From positions 96,001 through 160,000 of the forward strand of contig JBBRPR010000008.1 in NCBI GenBank assembly GCA_038227875.1: a stretch of 64,000 nt of DNA, in the 5' to 3' direction. The notes beneath the pieces were generated by a model. The model saw only the letters and a program-made list of their open reading frames with translations, searched no databases and was not told the DNA's origin. Below, in pieces: positions 6,576 to 15,914 of this stretch (the stretch's first letter is position 1; each line of letters begins with the position of its first letter). A program made the position numbers and the translations under genes. This DNA comes from Planctomycetota bacterium. Lineage in GTDB: Bacteria > Planctomycetota > SZUA-567 > H5-PLA8.

Positions 6576-8384
6576 ATGGGACGCACTGTTCAGGCGGGAA
6601 TAAAATTAACCTTCCGGGAGAAGCTTTCCCGGCTACGCGGACGCATGAACGATCCGCAATGGCGACGCTTCGGCGCGCTGGTTGTCGGTGGGAAGTTGCT
6701 GGGCATCGCGGCCGTCTTTGCGCTGGCCCTCGGTGTTCCTGCATTGTTGAGAGAAGCGCCGAAGGTGGTCTCGGCCGCTCGCGTCAACGCGGAAGAGGCC
6801 AAGCCGGCTGCGCCAGCTACTCCGGCGGCGCCCACAGCCCCGGCGGCCCCGGCTGCGCCCGGGGCGCCTGCCGCTCCGGCGGCGGATGCAGCGGCTCCGG
6901 CCGCGGCCGACCCGTACGCGTCGATCAAGCCTGTCGATCAGATCAACGCCATGAACACCCTCTGGGTGCTCCTCGGCGCGTTCCTGGTGTTCGGCATGCA
7001 AGCGGGATTCACGATGCTGGAAGCCGGCTTCTGCCGCAGCCGTGAAACCGTCAACGTGCTGGTCGAGTGCGTCTTCGACACATGCGTTTGCGGACTGCTG
7101 CACTGGGGTATCGGCTTCGCCTTGATGTTCGGCGAAGGCAATGCGTTCATTGGCTGGCACATGCCCGGCGACCCCAGCAAGAGTCTCATCGGCATGGCTG
7201 GCGTCTCGCTCTTGTCCACCTACGGTGCCAGCGGCATTCCGATCGTCGCCCACTTCCTCTTCCAGTTCGCCTTCGCCGACTGCGCCTCCACGATCTGCTC
7301 CGGCGCCATGGTCGGTCGCACGTTGTTCCTCGGCGACGTCCTGTACTCGATGGGCGTCTCGGGCTTGATCTATCCCATCTTCGGCCACTGGTGCTGGGGT
7401 CCGGACGGCTTCCTGGCCACGATGGGCAGCGAAGGCCACTTCCTCTCCGGCCTGGGTATTAACTTCCACGACTTCGCCGGCTCGACGGTCGTGCACTCGA
7501 TCGGCGGCTGGGTTGCCATCGCCGGCGCCATCTGTCTGGGACCGCGGTTGGGCCGCACCTTTAAGCGTGACGGCGGCGGACCGATGCTGCCTCACGATTT
7601 GACCATCGCTGTAATCGGCGGCCTGATCCTCTGGTTCGGCTGGTACGGCTTCAATCCGTGTTCGACGCTTTCGATCATGGACAACGTCGGCGCGGGCCGC
7701 GTGGCGATGAACACCACGCTGGCCGCCTGCACCGGCGGTCTGGCCGCAGTCTTCGTGATGTACGCCATGGTCCGCAAATGGGACACGGGCGCGATCATCA
7801 ACGGGTTCCTCGCCGGACTGGTCGCAATTACCTGCCCGTGCTACTGGGTCAGCGGCCTGGGCTCGATGCTCATCGGCGTGGTGGCCGGCATCCTGGTGAT
7901 CCTGGCGATGGAAGTGCTCGAACATTTCCGCATCGACGACCCTGTCGGCGCGTGGCCGGTTCACGGCGTCTGCGGGATCTGGGGCACGTTGTCCCTGGGA
8001 CTGTTCGCCAGCGGTGAATATTCGGCCGCCGGCTCAAGCCCCACGGGCGTTCCCAACATCGTCGCAGGTTCGGCCGATGCGCTGACCGGGCTGTTCTACG
8101 GCGGCGGCTCCAAGGTCCTGATGGCCCAGTGCGTCGGCAGCGTGATCGTCTGCTCCGCCACGTTCGTCTCCGCGATGGTGATGTTCAAAGTGCTCGACGC
8201 CGTGAAGCTCCTGCGCCTCTCCAAGGAGGGCGAACTGTTGGGCATGGACCTCGACCAGCACGGGATCTCGGCGTACCCCGAGTACGTGATCTCCGGCTCG
8301 CCTGTGCACAGCAGCTCGGCCCCGAAGGAAGCGGTTTCCGCCACGGCCGTTCCCAGCGGAGTTCCGAAACAAGCACTGAACTAA
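6576..8384 (+). CDS. amtB: Ammonium transporter (Amt family), paralog 2
   Basis: Same Amt motifs (DFAGSTVVH, WYGFNPCS, PVHG, GMDLDQHG). RBS AAGGAG. Confidence 0.97.
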   Translation: MGRTVQAGIKLTFREKLSRLRGRMNDPQWRRFGALVVGGKLLGIAAVFALALGVPALLREAPKVVSAARVNAEEAKPAAPATPAAPTAPAAPAAPGAPAAPAADAAAPAAADPYASIKPVDQINAMNTLWVLLGAFLVFGMQAGFTMLEAGFCRSRETVNVLVECVFDTCVCGLLHWGIGFALMFGEGNAFIGWHMPGDPSKSLIGMAGVSLLSTYGASGIPIVAHFLFQFAFADCASTICSGAMVGRTLFLGDVLYSMGVSGLIYPIFGHWCWGPDGFLATMGSEGHFLSGLGINFHDFAGSTVVHSIGGWVAIAGAICLGPRLGRTFKRDGGGPMLPHDLTIAVIGGLILWFGWYGFNPCSTLSIMDNVGAGRVAMNTTLAACTGGLAAVFVMYAMVRKWDTGAIINGFLAGLVAITCPCYWVSGLGSMLIGVVAGILVILAMEVLEHFRIDDPVGAWPVHGVCGIWGTLSLGLFASGEYSAAGSSPTGVPNIVAGSADALTGLFYGGGSKVLMAQCVGSVIVCSATFVSAMVMFKVLDAVKLLRLSKEGELLGMDLDQHGISAYPEYVISGSPVHSSSAPKEAVSATAVPSGVPKQALN

Positions 8385-8412
8385 GTCACGACCGAGGCCC
8401 TGACTTTCCGTC

Positions 8413-8446
8413 GACTGCGCCCCTCTGATGGGGCGCAGTCTATTTT
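8413..8446 (+). terminator. Rho-independent terminator after amtB2
   Basis: GACTGCGCCCC-TCTGAT-GGGGCGCAGTC then TATTTT. Confidence 0.8.
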
Positions 8447-8606
8447 GTGAGGCTATGATTAAGAATCTTTTCGTGAAACAGAATAGCTTGCGCACTATTT
8501 CCGTCATTCCCGTCTGCGGACCCCATCTTCCTCTAAGAAATTCCCAGTTATGACGTATTAAGAAATGAAAGGCGTCCTCTAGCGCATTTCAACCGGATCT
8601 CCGCTT

Positions 8607-9548
8607 ATGGCTCACGTCGACGAAACCCAACTGACCGCCTTCGCCCTGGGCGAATTAACCGAGCATGCACGTTCGGAAGTGCAGCAGACAGTCGCGTCTC
8701 AGCCGGACGCGCAGCAGGAAGTCATCGAAATCAAAACCGTCGCCGGCGCGCTCAACAGCGCCTTGAAAACCGAACAGACTGGTCCGCTCTCGGCGCGGCG
8801 CATGCTTACCGTCGCCGCGGAAGTGCAGCGCACTTCACAGCGCCGCATGGCGACGCGCTCCCGCTGGATCAATTTCCGGATGGCCGCCATCGCCGGTTCC
8901 GTCGCGGTGATCAGCTGCGCGGTGATGGTCGCGCTGGCCTGGGCCTCGACGCCGCACTACCGTAACGTTACGGCCGCGAACAACCTGCTGCGCCGACTGG
9001 AATCGGCGCTGGCGCAGTACCAATCGGATTTTCACCAGCTTCCGCCCGACACGGGATTTGGCCTGCCCGTGGCCGATGCCGATCGCGGCGCTGGCCGCAC
9101 CTACGACGCCGGTTCGCTCTGGCGATACCTGGGGCAGGAACTGCAGGTGAACGGCAAAAGCTATGGGCCGTATATGCGCTTCCGCCATGCGGAACTCACG
9201 GCGTACGCCGATCCTGTTCATGGCAAAAGCTACTACGTCGCAGATCCGTGGGGCACGGCGATCGGATACATCGGCGACCCGCGTCGCGTGATTCACAACA
9301 CCGGCAGCTTCGATCTGTTCTCCGCCGGACCCGATCGAAAGACGGGACAGGATCTCACGCAGAGCGCCGCCCTGGCCGCCAATGCCATCAACGTCGCGTA
9401 CGATGGCAAGGATAACGATGGAGATGGCGTCATCGACAACGCCGGCGAACTCGGCGGCGCGCGCCTCAACGGCTGCCTGACGATGGCGTGCAACGATTCG
9501 CAGGTATCGAAAGACGAACTGGACGATCTGAACAACTGGGATCGGTGA
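8607..9548 (+). CDS. Single-pass membrane protein: anti-sigma-like N-terminus plus GspG/pseudopilin-like C-terminal domain
   Basis: N-terminal LTAFALGEL...EV (anti-sigma-like, no Zn cysteines), one TM helix, then LESALAQYQSDF, DPWG, FDLFSAGPD, DGKDNDGDGVID, DDLNNW. Confidence 0.6.
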   Translation: MAHVDETQLTAFALGELTEHARSEVQQTVASQPDAQQEVIEIKTVAGALNSALKTEQTGPLSARRMLTVAAEVQRTSQRRMATRSRWINFRMAAIAGSVAVISCAVMVALAWASTPHYRNVTAANNLLRRLESALAQYQSDFHQLPPDTGFGLPVADADRGAGRTYDAGSLWRYLGQELQVNGKSYGPYMRFRHAELTAYADPVHGKSYYVADPWGTAIGYIGDPRRVIHNTGSFDLFSAGPDRKTGQDLTQSAALAANAINVAYDGKDNDGDGVIDNAGELGGARLNGCLTMACNDSQVSKDELDDLNNWDR

Positions 9549-9562
9549 ACGGCTTAACCAAT

Positions 9563-9654
9563 CAATTCCCATTTTCCATTTTCCATTGAACGGCTCGCGC
9601 GTCCGTGTTTTCAATCCGTACGCGTGCGCAATGGAAAATCGAAAATGGAAAATG
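9563..9654. repeat. Inverted heptamer-repeat hairpin (CATTTTC)n / (GAAAATG)n between convergent genes
   Basis: Arms at 9563-9588 and 9629-9654. Confidence 0.75.
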
Positions 9655-9659
9655 CGCCC

Positions 9660-10067
9660 TTACTTGTAGTTAAACGTCGTGTCGACCTGGATGTCCGGGT
9701 GCAGACTTTTGTGGACGGGGCAGGTGAGCGCGGCGGTTTCGAAGGCGTGGCGTTTGTCGACGGGAATGTTGCCGGTGATCGTGAAGACCACGGTTAGTTT
9801 ACCGATACGCCGGATCGGAGCTGTGACCATCTCTTTTTCGACGTGGTAGGTCGAACCGCGGAGATCAAGGTTGTGGCGCTGGGCGAAGATGCCCATGATC
9901 GTCATCATGCAGGACCCGAGCGCCGCGCCGACGAGATCGGTCGGAGAGAAGGCTTCGCCGCGGCCCTGGTTGTCTTTTGGTGCGTCCGTGGAGACCACAT
10001 TTTTAGACGGTCCATGCGTGGTGGTGCAGCGCAGTTGGCCTTCGTAGACGCCGTTCATCTCGACCAT
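9660..10067 (-). CDS. OsmC/Ohr-family protein
   Basis: TDAPxDNxGRGEAFSPTDL, LGSC, TCPVHKSL. RBS GAGGAG favours ATG 10067. Confidence 0.9.
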   Translation of the reverse strand: MVEMNGVYEGQLRCTTTHGPSKNVVSTDAPKDNQGRGEAFSPTDLVGAALGSCMMTIMGIFAQRHNLDLRGSTYHVEKEMVTAPIRRIGKLTVVFTITGNIPVDKRHAFETAALTCPVHKSLHPDIQVDTTFNYK

Positions 10068-10101
10068 GGGCAAATCTCCTCTTCCATCACCATATAATAA
10101 A

Positions 10102-10133
10102 ATGACCTTCTGAGCAATTGCTCAGAAGGTCAT
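10102..10133 (-). terminator. Terminator after recA
   Basis: Perfect 32-bp palindrome ATGACCTTCTGAGCAATTGCTCAGAAGGTCAT followed by a T-run on the minus strand. Confidence 0.8.
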
Positions 10134-10152
10134 CGTCTTGCATTTCCGAACG

Positions 10153-11289
10153 TTACTCTCCGGCAGCGGGTGCGGCAACTGCGGCTTCGGTGGTGGCGCT
10201 GACGCCGGGGACTTTCAGCGCGATCGCGTTGGCCAGTTCTTCCTGCTTGGTCATGACCTTCTCGTGGATTTCCTTGGTGATCGCGGGATTGTCGATCAGG
10301 AACTTGCGCGCGTTTTCGCGGCCCTGACCCAGGCGGTTGCCATTGTAGCCCAGCCACGCGCCGGATTTTTCGATCACGCCGCCGAGGATGCCCATGTCGA
10401 TGATCGAGCCTTCCCAGGAAATGCCGCGGTCGAACATGATTTCGAACTCCGCCTGCTTGAAGGGCGGGGCGACTTTATTTTTGACGACCTTGGCTTTGCA
10501 CGCCGCGCCGATGGGAGTTTCGCCTTCCTTCAAGGTTCCGATGCGGCGGACGTCGATGCGCACCGACGCGTAGAATTTCAATGCGCGGCCGCCGGGCGTG
10601 GTTTCCGGCGAGCCGTACATCACGCCGATTTTTTCGCGGATCTGATTGATGAAAATCACGATCGTCTTGGAGCGCGAAATCGCGCCGGTCAGCTTGCGCA
10701 GTGCCTGGGACATCAAGCGCGCCTGCAGGCCGACGTGCGTGTCGCCCATCTCGCCTTCGATTTCCGCCTTCGGCACCAGCGCGGCCACGGAGTCGATCAC
10801 CACGACGTCAACCGCCGCGGAGCGGACCAGTTGTTCGCAGATTTCCAGGGCCTGTTCGCCGGTGTCCGGCTGGCTGACGAGGAGTTCGTCGAGCTTGACG
10901 CCGAGCTTTTTCATATAAAGGGGGTCGAGCGCGTGTTCAGCGTCGATGTACGCGGCCACGCCGCCTTCGCGTTGCGCGTTGGAGACGATGGTCAGCGCCA
11001 GCGTCGTTTTACCGCTTGATTCCGGTCCGAAAATCTCGACCACGCGTCCCTTCGGAACACCACCGACGCCCAGCGCGATATCCAGCGCGAGCGTGCCGGT
11101 GGAGATGGACGGAATGTGCCGGGACGTATCGTTGTTGAGCTTCTGAATGGAGCCCATGCCGAACTGGCGTTCGATCTGGTCCAGCGCGCGTTTAAGCGCG
11201 TCCTTTTTGCGCTGCTGCTCGATGTCAATTTCGCGATTTTTGACCGGTTTGACGACTTCTTCCTTCGGTTCCTTCGTGCCTCTTGCCAT
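10153..11289 (-). CDS. recA: Recombinase A
   Basis: [53 protein letters not shown] before ATG 11289. Confidence 0.99.
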   Translation of the reverse strand: MARGTKEPKEEVVKPVKNREIDIEQQRKKDALKRALDQIERQFGMGSIQKLNNDTSRHIPSISTGTLALDIALGVGGVPKGRVVEIFGPESSGKTTLALTIVSNAQREGGVAAYIDAEHALDPLYMKKLGVKLDELLVSQPDTGEQALEICEQLVRSAAVDVVVIDSVAALVPKAEIEGEMGDTHVGLQARLMSQALRKLTGAISRSKTIVIFINQIREKIGVMYGSPETTPGGRALKFYASVRIDVRRIGTLKEGETPIGAACKAKVVKNKVAPPFKQAEFEIMFDRGISWEGSIIDMGILGGVIEKSGAWLGYNGNRLGQGRENARKFLIDNPAITKEIHEKVMTKQEELANAIALKVPGVSATTEAAVAAPAAGE

Positions 11290-11463
11290 TGTTTGCTCCC
11301 TGATATTATTTTGGGTCATCAGGCCGCGCGGATCAACAAAAGTCCGATAAACGCCTGAAGTACAAGCGTCAGACCCTACTCTAATATTATCCTAAGATCA
11401 ATTCGAAAATATTGAAAATGTCGAACGTCGATTGAAAAGTGGTGGGAAATTCATGGGCAAACT

Positions 11464-11673
11464 TTAGAGCTGACGCAGTTCTCCTTTTGCAGAAGCGCCG
11501 GCGCGAAAAGCTTTGCGGAACGGGTTGGGAATGCGGTCGCTGTGTCGCATGCGGTTGGGTGAACGGGGCACGCCGGCCGTGCAATCGGTGCAGAGAATGG
11601 GGTCGTTGCCTTTGGCCAGAAGCTGGTCGGCGCGGATGAACGTTCCACAGCGTTCGCAGTAACTCAGGATCAT
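11464..11673 (-). CDS. Small zinc-ribbon protein (69 aa)
   Basis: MILSYCERCG...LCTDC (two CxxC). RBS GAGGAG upstream of ATG 11673. Confidence 0.7.
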   Translation of the reverse strand: MILSYCERCGTFIRADQLLAKGNDPILCTDCTAGVPRSPNRMRHSDRIPNPFRKAFRAGASAKGELRQL

Positions 11674-12156
11674 CGTCGGTCTCCTCAAGGGCGTTCACGT
11701 CAGTCAATGGTGGCGCGCGACAGCGACAAACATTATCGGCAACATGTGAACGGACGATGAACAGTAGACGCTAAATTTCGGCCATGGCTGCTACAATTTC
11801 CGCATAAAATTGTAACCCGGCCAATACGCTGGAGCTAAAACGATAAGTCACATGTGCGGTGAGATTATCGGAAGAACCACAAGAGGACAGAACCATGCAA
11901 TTCGCCTGATTCTGAGCACGGTTAATTGCGATTTGCGCACGACCCAGATAGTTCACTCGCCAATGCAGTAGAGATTTTTCGTTACTACAGCCTGAACTAT
12001 CTTAGTGAAACCGAGCACGTTCGAGTCGGCGGACTTTTAGCGGACACTGCTTTTGTAATCGTTAGTTGCTGGCTGGCAGTAGTCATTCTAGAACGTCTCA
12101 TACGACACCGTTCCAGTCGCGGTTACAAAACCTAATATTTCATTCCTGGAGCCGCG

Positions 12157-13659
12157 ATGATCACATCCCCCACCTTCGACATCGGCAACCCGTCGTTGCA
12201 AACAATCTGGGTCGATCCTGTCAACGGCATTGATACCAACACCGGCGCCGAACGGGCTCACGCGTTGAAGACCATTCCCGAAGCCTGGCGGCGCGTGCCC
12301 GCTCAGCCCGACGGCCACGGCCGGCACATTCGGCTCTGTCCGGGACCGTACACCACGAATGTCGAGAATCAGATTCTGTTGACCGATCGCCAGGGCTCGC
12401 ACGCGTGTCCGATCGTGATCAGTCCCGCCGACCAGCCGCATTCCGTGGAATTGCCGCAGGTCAGCGTGCGCCGCAGCAGCAGTGTGTACTTCATCGACCT
12501 GAAATTTGCCGCGGAGACCAATTCGGTCACGATTCCGAGCGAAGATCTGGTGCTCCACTTCGCCACCTGCCGCAACATGCTCGTCCGCCGCGTCATCGCG
12601 CGCGGCATTGAGACCAACGGCAAGACGCCATTCATCGTTTTCAAAGCGAATCAATGCCACTACGTCTACGTGGAAGACTGCGACTTTTCGTGCGCGGACG
12701 GCAATGCCATTGATTACGTCTCCGTGCAGTACGGGCACATCGTCCGCAATAAACTCCATGACGTGAAGAGCGAAGGTATGTACGTGAAGGGCGGCTCCGC
12801 TTACCACCTGATCGCGCACAACGAAGTTTTTAACTCGCGCAACAACGGCATCCAGGCGGGGCAGGGGACGGGATTTCAGTACATGATTTCGCCCTGGCTG
12901 CATTACGAAGCCTACGACATCAAAGTGGTCAACAACGTCATCCACGACACCGGCGGCGGACTGGCGGTGAATGGCGGCTACAATATTCTGATGGCTTGGA
13001 ACACGTGCTACCGCGTCGGCACGTCGCGCGACACGATCATTGTGGGCCTTGGTGGTCGCGGCTGGAATGGAGCGCGTCCGCCGATCGTCGATAATTTTTT
13101 CAAGCTCGGCGGCTGGTGCCATCCGGACGGCGGCGAGCACTACGACATTCCCAATCGCAACGTGCTGATCTGCAACAACGTCATCTACAATCCCGATGGC
13201 TTCGAGTCCGCTCACGCGCAGATCGGACTCTCCGGCCCCGTTGCAACGCGCACCGAAAGTAACATGCCCAACCCCGCGCGCGCTGACGACGGCCTGCAGA
13301 TCAGCGGCAACGTGATCTGGAACGGCGGCGCCGACAAGCCGCTGCTCGACGACGTCGACAACATGTACCACCTCGCCACAAAACCCACGGCCGATGCGGC
13401 GGAGCTGCGCCGACTCAACGCAATCAACACGCTGCGACCGGAACTCAGCGACCCCGAGCACGGCGACTTCCGCCCTAAGCCGAGCGGAAATCTGCGCGAG
13501 ATCACGCCTGTCGCATTGAAAGACTTCGACTGGACCGACGCGCCAACGCGGCCGGCGGTACCGCCGGGAAATCTGGACAATCAAGTTCCCACCGACCACG
13601 CGGGGAAGCCGCGTGCGTATGGTAAGGGGAATTGTGTGGGGGCGTTTGTGTTGGAGTGA
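12157..13659 (+). CDS. Right-handed parallel beta-helix (pectin-lyase fold) protein
   Basis: WVDPVNGID start, repeated N-x-I/V-H-D strands (VRNKLHD, YVKGGS, VNNVIHDT, CNNVIYN), GDFRP, C-terminal VGAF. Confidence 0.75.
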   Translation: MITSPTFDIGNPSLQTIWVDPVNGIDTNTGAERAHALKTIPEAWRRVPAQPDGHGRHIRLCPGPYTTNVENQILLTDRQGSHACPIVISPADQPHSVELPQVSVRRSSSVYFIDLKFAAETNSVTIPSEDLVLHFATCRNMLVRRVIARGIETNGKTPFIVFKANQCHYVYVEDCDFSCADGNAIDYVSVQYGHIVRNKLHDVKSEGMYVKGGSAYHLIAHNEVFNSRNNGIQAGQGTGFQYMISPWLHYEAYDIKVVNNVIHDTGGGLAVNGGYNILMAWNTCYRVGTSRDTIIVGLGGRGWNGARPPIVDNFFKLGGWCHPDGGEHYDIPNRNVLICNNVIYNPDGFESAHAQIGLSGPVATRTESNMPNPARADDGLQISGNVIWNGGADKPLLDDVDNMYHLATKPTADAAELRRLNAINTLRPELSDPEHGDFRPKPSGNLREITPVALKDFDWTDAPTRPAVPPGNLDNQVPTDHAGKPRAYGKGNCVGAFVLE

Positions 13660-13661
13660 AT

Positions 13662-14111
13662 TCAGCCTTCAACCTTGCCCAGGAAAAACGACGCGAGCAG
13701 CAGTATCAGCACAGCCGTTGTGATCAGCACATACGTCCGGTCGTGTTGATACCGGAATGCAAAGATCGAGATCGCCACGCGCAGCACCGGCGTCGCAATC
13801 AAAAACGCCAGGCCCAGCATCACGACTGCCCGTCCTTGAAATTCCGTGAGGCCCGCGAACACCTCTTTTAGCGAATGCGGAAACGCTGCGCCAGGTTCCG
13901 TCAGCTTCGCGAGTTGGTCGGCGGAATTCCGGTACTCCGGATGGTGGACGAACGTCAAAATCATGCCGAGCATCACCACGCACAGGCTGACGATCACGCC
14001 CGTTCGCAGCAGATTGCTGATCAGGATTTCGACCTTGTGCACGCGCGCGATTCGGAGTTCGTGTTCAGGATCGTGGTTCGCAGCGGGAAGAGTGACAGGA
14101 TCGTTGGCCAT
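13662..14111 (-). CDS. DUF1634-like membrane protein
   Basis: LLRTGV, GLAFLIATPVLRV, DRTY; the usual partner of TauE genes. Start overlaps the tauE stop. Confidence 0.8.
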   Translation of the reverse strand: MANDPVTLPAANHDPEHELRIARVHKVEILISNLLRTGVIVSLCVVMLGMILTFVHHPEYRNSADQLAKLTEPGAAFPHSLKEVFAGLTEFQGRAVVMLGLAFLIATPVLRVAISIFAFRYQHDRTYVLITTAVLILLLASFFLGKVEG

Positions 14112-14950
14112 TATCCGCGCACTCCTTTCCACAGCATCTCGCCAGAAATCCACAATAGTACGACTACAAAAAGGGAACGGATCCACACGCTATGGATTTT
14201 TCCAAGTAGTTTTGAACCGACCGTTGCGCCGATCAGCACGCCGGTCATCACTGGCGCGACAATGAAGGGATCAATGTTGCCGCGCGCAAAATAGACGCCC
14301 GCGCTGGCCGCGGCGGTAACGCCGATCATAAAGTTGCTTGTCGCTGTCGACACTTTTATCGGCAGGTGCATGCATAGATCCATCGCCGGTACCTTCAGCG
14401 CGCCTGATCCGATGCCGAGCAGACCGCTCACCACACCGGCGATGTACATCAAGACAAAACCCAGGTGAGTGCCGGTGACGCGGTAGGCCACTTCTTCACC
14501 TGTGGCTTCATCGTGAAACGAGTCGTGAAGGCGGAGTCTGTCGGCGAGCGCATCGGGTGCAACATTCACGCCTGCGACCGACATCCGCCGTCGATACATG
14601 GTCAGTGCCGAGTAGGCGAGCACGGAGCCGAAGATCAGATAGAGCCAGCGGACTGAGACGACGCCCGCCAGAAACGCTCCAGTCAGCGCGCCGGTCGTCG
14701 TCGCCAACTCCAGGAACATCGCAACGCGCATGTTGGTCATGCGCTCGCGCACGTATGCTGCCGCCGCACCGCTGGATGTCGCGATCACGGAAACAATCGA
14801 TGCGCCGACGGCATAGCGGATATCGATTTTCATCCAAAGCGTCAGAAACGGCACGATGATGATGCCACCGCCCAGGCCCAACAGCGAACCCAACACGCCG
14901 GCGATCAGCGAGACGCAAAAGGTGATGAGCGTAAAATTCAGAGGTGTCAT
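14111..14950 (-). CDS. Sulfite exporter TauE/SafE family
   Basis: GSLLGLGGG, SVIATSSG, GLLGIGSG, STATSNFMIGVT. Confidence 0.92.
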   Translation of the reverse strand: MTPLNFTLITFCVSLIAGVLGSLLGLGGGIIIVPFLTLWMKIDIRYAVGASIVSVIATSSGAAAAYVRERMTNMRVAMFLELATTTGALTGAFLAGVVSVRWLYLIFGSVLAYSALTMYRRRMSVAGVNVAPDALADRLRLHDSFHDEATGEEVAYRVTGTHLGFVLMYIAGVVSGLLGIGSGALKVPAMDLCMHLPIKVSTATSNFMIGVTAAASAGVYFARGNIDPFIVAPVMTGVLIGATVGSKLLGKIHSVWIRSLFVVVLLWISGEMLWKGVRG

Positions 14951-14966
14951 GATGCTGTGACGCGAG

Positions 14967-15485
14967 CTAGTAAAGACTCAGCGCCGCAATGCTCCTTCCT
15001 TCGTCCAGGTTAACTATGTGCAAGTATTGAGCGAGAACCGCGACCGAAAGCAGGCGCTCCCTGTTTTGTAGTAATGGACCCGCAAGCACGGCTGTGTGCT
15101 GCGCGAGCAAATAGCCTGCGTGCAAAATCAGCGCCGTGCCCGCGGCATTGTAAAATTTCAACAGTTGTGGCCAGCATCCAGTACGCACGCAGTATTGGCT
15201 GCCGGAATTCAAAATCAGCCGTCCGGGATTCGCCGGGTAAAAGTGCAGCACCGGCTCGCCCCGCTGGGTAATGGCGGAAACGATTCCCTGTCGCGAACGG
15301 CTGAAGATCCACCTCCCAAATTCAGAGGTCGCATCGGCGGTGACACCATGTCGCTCGGTCGTGATACGGATGTCGATCAGTTTTTCCGAATCGTCGCGCA
15401 AGTCGAAGGCGTGGCGGAACCAGTGTGCTGATGTCCATTGAAGCGTACGAACGCATTCCCATTTCCATTCCCGCGGCGAAGCCAT
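14967..15485 (-). CDS. Hypothetical protein
   Basis: Open frame with RBS GGAGG before ATG 15485; no recognisable motif. Confidence 0.55.
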   Translation of the reverse strand: MASPREWKWECVRTLQWTSAHWFRHAFDLRDDSEKLIDIRITTERHGVTADATSEFGRWIFSRSRQGIVSAITQRGEPVLHFYPANPGRLILNSGSQYCVRTGCWPQLLKFYNAAGTALILHAGYLLAQHTAVLAGPLLQNRERLLSVAVLAQYLHIVNLDEGRSIAALSLY

Positions 15486-15578
15486 GAGCGTCCACCTCCA
15501 GCGGTAAACGATGATGCGAGTCCGCGCCGAGCGCGCGCACTCCATATGGAATGTGATGTTTGGCAGAGTTGAAGTGAA

Positions 15579-15902
15579 TTACGCCAATGGCGGATCGCGC
15601 CCACGCAACGGGTGGTGCGCGGTGAAGAGGACAGTCCAGCGCTGAGAACTGGCCGGCGCCGCCTCCATCGATGCAGACCATTGATAGGAGAATGCACGAA
15701 TTGTAGCCGAGTAATCTGTACGGTTTTCAAACCGTCCGGTCTGTTTGTCCGACGACGATTCCGTCCGCGCAATAGACTTGGAAGTTTCCTCGATCGCGCG
15801 GAATTTCCGGACGTGATGCGGCGTCACCGTTGCCAGTTCGGACTTCTGCAGCGGAGTCGAGAGCACCAGCAGACTGAAAACGATCCAGAAACGACGCGTC
15901 AT
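15579..15902 (-). CDS. Small protein with N-terminal signal/TM and C-terminal RDPP
   Basis: RBS AAGGA; MTRRFWIVFSLLVLS...LRGRDPPLA*. Confidence 0.55.
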   Translation of the reverse strand: MTRRFWIVFSLLVLSTPLQKSELATVTPHHVRKFRAIEETSKSIARTESSSDKQTGRFENRTDYSATIRAFSYQWSASMEAAPASSQRWTVLFTAHHPLRGRDPPLA

Positions 15903-15914
15903 GATTTTCCTTGT

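Noticed and set aside
11290..11463. SOS/LexA box upstream of recA
   Set aside because: No convincing palindrome matching a LexA motif I recognise.
11710..12150. AT-rich stretch with a 69-aa ORF ending in a TM helix
   Set aside because: TTG start directly after a stop codon and no RBS; possibly a gene remnant but unsupported.
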